This document shows, piece after piece, positions 50,870-58,920 of a stretch of DNA of 64,000 bases. A program made the translations under genes and the position numbers. Position 1 is the first letter of the stretch; each line of letters starts with the position of its first letter. Source of the stretch: a bacterium (lineage in GTDB: Bacteria; UBA8248); NCBI GenBank assembly GCA_965204535.1, contig OZ241996.1, positions 672,001-736,000 of the forward strand, written 5' to 3'. The notes under the pieces were generated by a model, which saw nothing but the letters and a program-made list of their open reading frames with translations, made no database searches and was not told the origin of the DNA.

Positions 50870-52659
50870 TCGCCTTCTCCTCTCTCCAGAACGTATTGCC
50901 TGTCCTGACTCCAGTCGATGAACAAATCAGAATCGGGCTCGTCATTGAACTGACCGGCAAGGTGAAACTCGTGCAATAAGTCTTCAAAGGACGCATTGCC
51001 CACACGATCCAAAAACTCGTTGAATCGCTCGCCCTCGCTTCTGTTTTCCTGGTAGTGGGACAACATTTTCTTGAGCGCGGCGGGAACGCGTTTTGCGGGA
51101 ATCCGAACCTGAATGCGTTTGCCGATGCGGATTTCTCCATCGGTACTATCGTATTGGCCACCTAGGAAAATTTCATAAGCGGGCAGCATCACGCCGTTCG
51201 CTTTGAGCGTCCCCCCGTGAAAGCCGATGTTGGCGATGTGGTGTTGTCCGCAAGAATTCGGGCAACCGCTCATCTTGATGTGCATCTCCCGCGTGAGAGG
51301 ATCCCGATCAATCTCATGAAGTGTTTCGCGTATGGCGTTGGCCAAGCCCATGGACGAGGTGATGCCGAGTTTGCATGAATCCGTTCCCGGGCAGGAAACC
51401 ACGTCGGATATCTCCCGTGCGCCTTTTTCGGCGAGCCCGATTCTTTGAAGCTCTTTCCAGAGGGGATAAAGTTCGCCTTCGCGCACCCACCTGAGCACGA
51501 GGTTTTGCTCGAAACTCGTCCTTGCGCGTCCTCTCGCGAAACGTCGGGTGAGGTCGGCTAGGGCGAAGAACTGATCCGTATGGATGTTCCCCAATGGGAG
51601 TTTTACATCAACGGCGAAGTAGCCTTCTTGCCTCTGCGCGGTGACGTTCGTTTTTCTCCAGGCGTAATAATCCGCCGAGTCGCCATTCGGGCTTGCCCCC
51701 GCCCCGTTCAGGGTGTTCAAGACGGGGGGGGCGTCGGTTTCTTCGTCATCATTCCAAAGGTAGGGTTCAGGACTGACGGGTTCTTTCGCCCAATCTTTTT
51801 TGAGCTCTTCTTCGACGCGTTCTCGCAGCCCGTCTATCCCTATCCAGCTTACGAGGAACTTGATGCGCGCCTTGAAGCGGGATTTGCGAAGTTCAGTCGC
51901 CTGGTCGAAAACCCGGATGAGGGCTTCACTCACCCTCAGGAAATCGGATACCGGAACGAACTCGTAAAGCACCTCGGCGGTACGCGCGAAGGTAGCGAGG
52001 CCGCCACCGACGAGCATCTTGAAACCGTGTACGGGAGTTCCTTCCATCTCCTTGATAACGGGGATGAAACCGATGTCATGAATTCCGCCGCCGACGCAGT
52101 CCGAACCACAACTGGAGAACGCCACCTTGAATTTGCGCGGCAGGTCCTGGGTAAAATCCTTACGGACGAAGTAACGCGCGAATGCGCCTGCGTAGGGCGT
52201 GGCGTCGAAAACCTGGTCCTTGCAAACACCCGCATAGGGACAGCCAGTGACGTTTCTCACGCAATTTCCACATGCTTCCCGCGTGGTAAGTCCCACTTCG
52301 CCCAGAAGCCTCAGGACATCGGCGGACTGGTCGAGAGGGACGAAATGAAACTGCACGTTTTCCCGTGTCGTCACATGGCCTTTTCCCAACGGCACGTAAT
52401 CGCGCGATACGCGCCCCAGGGCTTCGAGTTGGGATGCGCTCAGACCGCCGAAAGGGATTTTCACGCGCACCATCTGTGCGTCCGCCTGACGCTGGCCATA
52501 TACGCCGCGCCTGAGGCGATAGGGGAGGAACTCGCCGTTATCGAGCTCCCCATTACGGAATCTGGTGGCTTGTGTTTCGAAATCATCGAATTCTTCGGGG
52601 ATCACAGGAATGACGCCTGTTTCCCGAGACAATGGTTTTCGTGATTCTTCATGCATCAC
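50857..52659 (-). CDS. Siroheme nitrite/sulfite reductase (hemoprotein)
   Basis: GVYGQRQ, TTRENVQ, LPRKFK, CPGTDSCKLG, SGCPNSCGQH; C-terminal GEGEC. Confidence 0.92.
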   Translation of the reverse strand: MMHEESRKPLSRETGVIPVIPEEFDDFETQATRFRNGELDNGEFLPYRLRRGVYGQRQADAQMVRVKIPFGGLSASQLEALGRVSRDYVPLGKGHVTTRENVQFHFVPLDQSADVLRLLGEVGLTTREACGNCVRNVTGCPYAGVCKDQVFDATPYAGAFARYFVRKDFTQDLPRKFKVAFSSCGSDCVGGGIHDIGFIPVIKEMEGTPVHGFKMLVGGGLATFARTAEVLYEFVPVSDFLRVSEALIRVFDQATELRKSRFKARIKFLVSWIGIDGLRERVEEELKKDWAKEPVSPEPYLWNDDEETDAPPVLNTLNGAGASPNGDSADYYAWRKTNVTAQRQEGYFAVDVKLPLGNIHTDQFFALADLTRRFARGRARTSFEQNLVLRWVREGELYPLWKELQRIGLAEKGAREISDVVSCPGTDSCKLGITSSMGLANAIRETLHEIDRDPLTREMHIKMSGCPNSCGQHHIANIGFHGGTLKANGVMLPAYEIFLGGQYDSTDGEIRIGKRIQVRIPAKRVPAALKKMLSHYQENRSEGERFNEFLDRVGNASFEDLLHEFHLAGQFNDEPDSDLFIDWSQDRQYVLERGEGECLA

Positions 52660-52727
52660 TTACTCCTTACATGAACAACTGTGCACATATTGGATAATGA
52701 ATTAAGTACCGGGCCAAAGCCCGGCAT

Positions 52728-53537
52728 TTACGAAATGACTTTGCTCAGGGATTCTTCCGTGGGACAGCGCCAGGAAATTTCTTGACTTTCATCGGCCTCG
52801 AACCAAACGAGGTCTTCAAGGCCGGCGACGGGTCCGACGAGAAAAACAGCGGGTGGGAATACTTCTTCGCGTTGTGCGAGGCTGGATGCTTCTCCCAAAG
52901 AGCAGCGGTAGGCCAACTGCCTGTTTGTGGTTCCATTTTCAATGATGGCGGCGGGCGTGTCTTTCGACATGCCGTTTTCCATCAAAGCGGCTGATATGCG
53001 TCCGATGGAGCGCGCGCCCATGAGGAAAACGAGTGTTCCTTTGTTTTCTGCCAGATGCGCGTAATCCACTTGCGTTTCTGGTTTTCCGGGGTCTTCATGG
53101 GCTGTTACGACCGTGAACGACGAGGCGAGGTTTCGGTGGGTGACGGGTATTCCGGCATAGGCGGGCACGGCCAGGGCGGAACTGATGCCTGGTATGATCT
53201 CATAATGAATACCGGCTTCTGTCAGTGCTTGCGCTTCCTCGCCGCCACGACCGAACACGAAAGGGTCCCCGCCTTTTAGACGCACCACTTGATAACCGCG
53301 ATGGGCGAAATGGATTAGAGTTTCGTTGATGTCATCTTGGCTCATGGTGTGTCGACCACTGGATTTTCCCGCATTGACGAGTTGGCAGTTTTCCGGGCAA
53401 AGCTCAAGAACCTCAGGGTTCACGAGACGGTCATAAACCACCAAGTCTGCGTTTGAAAGAGCTTTCGCTGCCTTGAGTGTCAGCAAGTCCGGGTCCCCCG
53501 GACCTGCTCCCACAATCTGTACTTTTCCTTGATACAT
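52728..53537 (-). CDS. cobA: Uroporphyrinogen-III C-methyltransferase
   Basis: VGAGPGDPDLLT, RLKGGDPFVFGRGGEE, GIPVTHR. Confidence 0.95.
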   Translation of the reverse strand: MYQGKVQIVGAGPGDPDLLTLKAAKALSNADLVVYDRLVNPEVLELCPENCQLVNAGKSSGRHTMSQDDINETLIHFAHRGYQVVRLKGGDPFVFGRGGEEAQALTEAGIHYEIIPGISSALAVPAYAGIPVTHRNLASSFTVVTAHEDPGKPETQVDYAHLAENKGTLVFLMGARSIGRISAALMENGMSKDTPAAIIENGTTNRQLAYRCSLGEASSLAQREEVFPPAVFLVGPVAGLEDLVWFEADESQEISWRCPTEESLSKVIS

Positions 53538-53576
53538 GAGAGATTCCCGTATAAAATTCAGTTTTTACTTTTTATT

Positions 53577-53595
53577 GTTAAGTAGAATACTTAAC
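53577..53595. promoter_or_regulatory. Candidate transcription-factor operator
   Basis: Perfect 8-3-8 palindrome GTTAAGTA-GAA-TACTTAAC in the AT-rich divergent region between cobA and DUF4202. Confidence 0.5.
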
Positions 53596-53713
53596 TTTTC
53601 GTGGAAAATATTTTACTTTCTCACTTTTGTCAACCCAAGCAGGCGTTTATTCTTGAGTAGTCTTGTCTGGAGTGATTCTGGTGATGCTTGTTGCAACTGA
53701 GAAGGTGTAAATC

Positions 53714-54313
53714 ATGAGTGAAGATCCCAAACGTTTTGAAGATGCCTTGCGTCTCATCGATGAGGCGAATTCCGAGGATCCGAACACCGAGAGTTTCGCG
53801 GGCGAAGATTATCCCAAAGAGCTTTTGTATTCGATGAGAATGACGAAATGGCTCGAAACTATAGAGCCGCAAGCCTCAGAGGCCCTTCGTCTGGCTGTGC
53901 GGAGCCAACACATACGCAGATGGGAGATTCCACGTTCGGAATATCCTCTGGGCAGGAGGGGGTATCACCAATGGCGGATCCGCCTTTATGACTATCATGG
54001 GGAGAAAGCGGCCGAGATTCTCAAAAAGGTGGGTTACGATGAGGAAACGATAGCCCAAGTGCGTATGCTTTTGAAAAAGCAGGGCTTGAAATCAAACCCG
54101 GAAACCCAGACGCTTGAGGATGTCGCCTGCCTGGTTTTTCTGGAGAGCTACTTCTGGGATTTCTCCCGGCTTCATGATGAGGAGAAAATCATCGGCATCT
54201 TGCGGAAAACTTGGGCAAAGATGTCCGCGCGCGGGCAGAAGGCCGCCAGGGAGCTTTCGTTGAATGCGGGTGCGCAGGGCTTGTTGAACAAGGCGCTCGC
54301 GCCGGAAAACTAG
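53714..54313 (+). CDS. DUF4202 domain protein
   Basis: ID.AN..DPN, Y..RM..WL, QH..RWE.PR..YP..R.GY..WR, Q.LEDVACLVFLE. Confidence 0.88.
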   Translation: MSEDPKRFEDALRLIDEANSEDPNTESFAGEDYPKELLYSMRMTKWLETIEPQASEALRLAVRSQHIRRWEIPRSEYPLGRRGYHQWRIRLYDYHGEKAAEILKKVGYDEETIAQVRMLLKKQGLKSNPETQTLEDVACLVFLESYFWDFSRLHDEEKIIGILRKTWAKMSARGQKAARELSLNAGAQGLLNKALAPEN

Positions 54314-54422
54314 CGAAAAACGTCTACTTTCAAAAGATTTTGCTCTGCTTTTTCATCTGCGAGTTTGTGGTGTATCATTAGCGCGCCATGCTCTTTCATA
54401 ACTCGTTTTTAAGGAGAAAATC

Positions 54423-55082
54423 ATGAACGTCACCATGTGGAACTGCTACGTCTGACCCTACGCCTACCGGGCCATGGAGTGGCTCGTTCGTCTTCAGGAG
54501 AAAAGAAGCGATCTGAAAGTGGATTACAAGGCCTTCGTGCTCGAGCAGGCGAATTTCGGCCCGGCGCGCGGCGAGGACTGGAAGGCCTGGGAAGACAAGA
54601 CCTTCCCGAGCAGGGACCTTCCCCCGCATCAGGCGGCCAAATGCGCGGCTTTGCAGGGCGAGACCCAGTTCGATAAATACCACGTGGCGCTCCACCGGGC
54701 GAGGCACCGCGACGGCAAGGACATCACCAGTGAACTGGTTTTGCGCGATATCGCCGTGGAAGTCGGCCTCGATGTCGATCGATGGGAGGAGGACATGAAA
54801 AGCGGCGCCACCATCCCCCTCATCGCGCAAGAGCATGAGGATGCGGCCGAGCAGGGCATTTTCGGCGTTCCCACGCTCGATTTCGGCGAGGGCAAACCCG
54901 TTTTCGTCAAGCTCGAAGAGGGCGATTGGGAGAGCGAGGGCGACGAGCAGGGTCTCCTGGACGCCGTTCGGGCCACTTCGGCCGAGCGGCCCTGGTTGCT
55001 GGAGCTCAAGACGCCCCAGTCCGCCAAGCTCAGTACCGCCTCATCGAAGAAGTACGAGAAATACGGGATGAAGGCGAGATAA
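54423..55082 (+). CDS. DsbA-family oxidoreductase, probable selenoprotein (U11, C-Y-V-U-P-Y-A)
   Basis: AAGGAG RBS; MNVTMWNCYV-UGA-PYAYRAMEW in frame; GIFGVPT motif; hairpin after the UGA. Confidence 0.83.
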
Positions 55083-55116
55083 TGCGCCGTAAACGCCATC
55101 ACGGGGCCGGCGTCTC

Positions 55117-55470
55117 ATGAGCGCGCCGGTCGACAAGGCCCATCCCGTCGATCTCACGGTGGACAAGCCCGCCCGCGAGTTTCGCGTCGAGTGGGCGAGC
55201 GGGGAGAAGAGCGCCTACGGCTTCGACTACCTCGCGGCCCTTTGTCCGTGCGCGAACTGCAAGGAGGAGCGCAAGGCGCGCGAGAAAAACCCCCTCGTTG
55301 TTCTCTCGGGGCCGAGTGGGCCGACTGAGCTCGAAAACGTCGAGATGGTGGGGCGCTACGCCCTCAACTTCATCTGGCGCGGCGGATGCGGGGCGGGCAT
55401 CTATTCTTTTGATTATCTTTACGATATCGCCCCCGAGCGCGCCGGGAGCTCGGGGGGAGAAGAGGGCTGA
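55117..55470 (+). CDS. DUF971 (gamma-butyrobetaine hydroxylase-like N-terminal) protein
   Basis: L...CPCA.C, VG.YAL...W..G...GIYS..YL. Confidence 0.88.
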   Translation: MSAPVDKAHPVDLTVDKPAREFRVEWASGEKSAYGFDYLAALCPCANCKEERKAREKNPLVVLSGPSGPTELENVEMVGRYALNFIWRGGCGAGIYSFDYLYDIAPERAGSSGGEEG

Positions 55471-55733
55471 GCTTTGGAGACCCGCACGCCGAAGCCGGTG
55501 GATGAAAAGCACGAAACGCCGCCGGAGCAACACGCCTGCCCCACCTGAGTCGGCGGGTTGTTCTCCGCCGTGGCGCGGGTTTTGGGGTGGATGAAGAGGA
55601 AGCTGCTGGGATAGCGGGCCGATGAATCACATGAGCTGAATCAGGCGAAACCTTTGATTTTGCGGCCTCTATCTGCAGGCAGGTGTGAGTCGATGAGGTG
55701 AGTGTATCATGAAACTCCCGCGCCGGGGGGGCT

Positions 55734-56096
55734 CTATCGGTTGATGAGCAGGTTCGCGCCCGCGGCGATCACCAGAACGCCCACGATTCTCTTGAGCGTG
55801 AGGGCCGAGAAGGTTTGCAGCAGATGGGCACCCACTACGCCGCCGATGATGGCCCCGATACTTAGATAAACCGCGTAATTCCAGACGATTAGCCCGCTCC
55901 GCACGTTCTCGAACGAGGCGACCAGCGAGTTGAACAGGTAGGCGAGAATCGAGACCGCCACCGCTTGTTGGGGCGTGAGCGAGGGGATGAGGAACAGCGT
56001 CGGCACCATGATGATGCCCCAGCCCACGCCGGTGGCTGCATTCAAGGTGCCCACGACCGCACCCAATACCAGAAGACCCGCCCCTATCCAGTCCAA
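55734..56096 (-). CDS. Half-size TauE/SafE (TSUP) sulfite-exporter-like membrane protein
   Basis: G.G.GII.VP.L...AVA.S; four TM helices; TTG start with GGAG RBS. Confidence 0.75.
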   Translation of the reverse strand: MDWIGAGLLVLGAVVGTLNAATGVGWGIIMVPTLFLIPSLTPQQAVAVSILAYLFNSLVASFENVRSGLIVWNYAVYLSIGAIIGGVVGAHLLQTFSALTLKRIVGVLVIAAGANLLINR

Positions 56097-56584
56097 AACA
56101 CTCCCCTTTTCAGATAGTTATGGTGATTATCGTATGTTTCGCTATAAATTCATCCACCCCCGCAACTCCCCGCATTTGCCGACATCGCGGAAGGCGCGGG
56201 CCATGGCAGAATGCCCCTGCGTCCGGATTTCGCGGCGTCAAAGCCTAAGAATTTAATTTTCGGCAATTTATCGAATAACCCCGTGAATTTATCTATATTT
56301 ATCGAATTTATCAGAAATTCCGAGTGGGATCTTCGCGACTGCGAGCTTCGCTCGGGGAGCCCTGTTCGAAGTCCTGAAATCATCGCCGCTTCGCCTCATC
56401 GTCCTTCCTCCTGCTCCCATCCCGATGCTCTCCCGAAAGCGCCTCCGCCCGCAAGCCGTCGAATCGAACCGGGCAGCGAGCCTTGCGCGCCAGGGTAGCG
56501 AATCCCGGCTGGTGGCCCCTAACCGTAATTGCGGGAAAATGCGCGAGGTGTGTGAAAGGGATTGCCGAGCAAACAAGATTTCTG

Positions 56585-56760
56585 ATTTCACTCTTTCCTC
56601 ATCCCGAGTAGGCGTGTTTGCGCGCCGTATCGAGGGTTTGACCCGACCGAGGAGGTAGGGTCAAACGGGGCGCATCGGAAGCGTCCTTCGATACGCCGCC
56701 ATCGGCGGCTACTCAGGGTGAGGCCGATACGGGTGGCATGCAAGGCGAGCGTTTGCCGAT
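56585..56760. repeat. CCTCATCC(C/T)GAGTAG...CCTTCGATACG...CTACTCAGGGTGAGG palindromic repeat
   Basis: Homologous to 26485-26655. Confidence 0.7.
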
Positions 56761-57287
56761 TGATGAAGGAGTGTTTGCGGGTTTCGCTTTTGCTCGTCTT
56801 AGAGACAAGAGCAGTTTCGGGCATTTTCGATTATCCTGTAAGGTGCTGTAATAAGATTAGTTAACAGGTTGCCATGAATCTTCCCTGGCAGGCCCGTAAT
56901 CAAAACGAAAGCGGGTTCATTACAACTCCAGAGCATCCCGGCGGGCGCTCGTCCGTGAGCGCTCGGGCCAATCATTCAGCCAAGCCGTAATAGCAAGTTC
57001 CCGAACAGCGGCAGTTCGAGATACCGTTCACCGCCAATCGCCAGTCATTCGCAGCGACGACTCGCGAAACAGGGCGCCGCGGTGTGAGCGACATTGTTCC
57101 TTTTTTTCCGTAGCGCCCCGCTGCACGTTCTCCGGCGACCTTCGTTTTCTGGAAAACGCCCGTGATTTCAGGCTGAACCGATGAGCGGTCCGCGCACGAA
57201 CGCAGGCGCGGACTCTTCCCGGGTGTACCTTCCGCGCTAGAAACAACGATTGAACGGGCGCTCGTCCTTTCCTTATGTTCGCGCGCC

Positions 57288-58007
57288 ATGACCGCGTTTA
57301 AAGACGATACCGGCGCCCCGCTGGACGAGCGGCTGCGCCGGAGCATTGCGCTCTGGCGCGCGCGCCGAGGGATGAGTGCGAGGCGCTTCGGGGTGGGCGC
57401 GCTGGGGGTTCCCGGCTTCGTGGGCCTGCAGGCCCGGGGGCGGCCCCTGCGGGTCGACACGGCGGACCGGGTGCTCGCGTTCATGGGGTATCCGCCGCTG
57501 GGACCGCTCCTGCGGGCCGAGGTGGAGGCGTTTCTCGTGGTGAGCGGGACCAAGGTCTCGATCCTGGGCGAGGAGACCGTGGGGAATCCCTCCTTCGTGG
57601 GGAGGCTGCGCCGGGGCGCCTCGCCGTATCTCAAGACCTTCGACCGGGTGCGCGCCTGGATGGCGGCCAACGCGACGGGAGAGGAGATCCGCGCCATACG
57701 CGAGAGGCTCGCGGACTTGCCCGACCCGTTCGACGGGACGTGGGACGCCGCCGGGGAACCCGGGGCCGCGGGAGACGCCGATGAGCGCGCGAAGGAGAAC
57801 CACCTGAACACGCGGGAGGCGGCCGCCTGGCTCGGCCTCTCGCCCAAGACGCTGGAGCGCTACCGCGTGAGCGGAGAGGGGCCGGATTTTCTTCGCATCG
57901 GATACCGGGTGCGCTACCTGCTCGAAGACCTCGAGAAGTGGGCCTCCGCCCGGAGGTGGACTTCCACGTCCGAGGAGAGAGCCGCCCGGAGAAAGAAGAG
58001 GCGGTAG
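57288..58007 (+). CDS. Multi-HTH DNA-binding protein (two Cro-like repeats plus C-terminal excisionase/AlpA-like HTH)
   Basis: C-terminal LNTREAAAWLGLSPKTLERYR..GEGP.F...G.RVRY..EDL..W; two internal repeats of G...FV..L..G.......DRV.A(F/W)M. Confidence 0.75.
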   Translation: MTAFKDDTGAPLDERLRRSIALWRARRGMSARRFGVGALGVPGFVGLQARGRPLRVDTADRVLAFMGYPPLGPLLRAEVEAFLVVSGTKVSILGEETVGNPSFVGRLRRGASPYLKTFDRVRAWMAANATGEEIRAIRERLADLPDPFDGTWDAAGEPGAAGDADERAKENHLNTREAAAWLGLSPKTLERYRVSGEGPDFLRIGYRVRYLLEDLEKWASARRWTSTSEERAARRKKRR

Positions 58008-58036
58008 AGAGATATTCGGGAGAAGACGGGCGGACT

Positions 58037-58273
58037 TCACAGGCCGTGGCGCAGCCTCGCCATCGCGGCCACGGCCGCCGAGTGCCCCCCCTCGCAGAGA
58101 TCCCCCAGGTACGCCGCTATCCCGGCGTCGGTCTCGGGGTTTCCCGAGCGCTCGAATCCCCTGAGCGCCGTCTCGTACGCCCGCCGCGTGTTCTCAGACA
58201 TCGAGGCCTTCGCCAGGTCGGCGGCCGCACGGGCCGGTCGGGCCGGCCTCCTCGTCAAAGCGATGTCCTGCAT
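58037..58273 (-). pseudogene. Truncated tyrosine recombinase (N-terminal core-binding domain only)
   Basis: ASMSENTRRAY..ALRGF...D..IAAYL..L...G.S resembles integrase/Cre N-terminal SAM-like domains; stops after 78 aa. Confidence 0.6.
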
Positions 58274-58449
58274 CGGGTCGGATGGTCTTGCCCCCGTCGT
58301 CATGCCGAGAAGCCAACCTTCCGGGTCGGCGGCCGTGTCCATTGCCGGGGCCGCTCGAGCGCCTCCTCGATTACCAAGTATGGACGACGGCGGGGAATTT
58401 CCACAAAAAAAGCCGTTTCGCAGGGGAATACCGGCGAAACGGCGGGTTT

Positions 58450-58661
58450 CTGGAGTCCGATAATTGTCGTTATCAGAAAATTTAACACCTCTCACGGCCA
58501 TGTCAAGCGCAATTCCGGGGTCCTCGGAGGGGTTTCGGGCGTCGTTTTGCGCCTTTTTTCGCTTATATTTCGCTCACTTGCGGCCCGAATGCCCTCCGAA
58601 ACGGGTTTTTGGGGGAAAACGGGGCTTCTGGTGTCCCATAACGACAATTAGCGGACTCCAG
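58450..58661. promoter_or_regulatory. Candidate invertible promoter switch 2 bounded by inverted dif-like recombination sites
   Basis: 24-bp IR with 1 mismatch (58450-58473 / 58638-58661); sites GAGTCCGATAA-TTGTCG-TTATCAGAAAA and GTGTCCCATAA-CGACAA-TTAGCGGACTC. Confidence 0.78.
58479..58506 (-). promoter_or_regulatory. Sigma70-type promoter inside switch 2, facing away from the lipoprotein gene
   Basis: Minus strand reads TTGACA-N16-TAAATT with TGn extended -10. Confidence 0.7.
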
Positions 58662-58920
58662 CCCGGGTTCGAGGTGGCGCATACCGCAGGGATTCTTGTC
58701 TCGCGGAACCACCGGCCCGGACTACGAGTCCGCAAGTCTACCGTATTTCGGGCTGCCCGGGATACGGCGAACCGGCAGTAGCGGTTTCCTCCAGGGGATC
58801 GCCCGGCACGTCCGCCGGGCGGTCCCTGGCGGGAGAAGTATGGCGAATATCAGGCGGATTCGTATTTTTTATTCCGCTCAGACAATTCCACCAGAGGTAC
58901 CAGAGGGAAGGACCCGGAAA

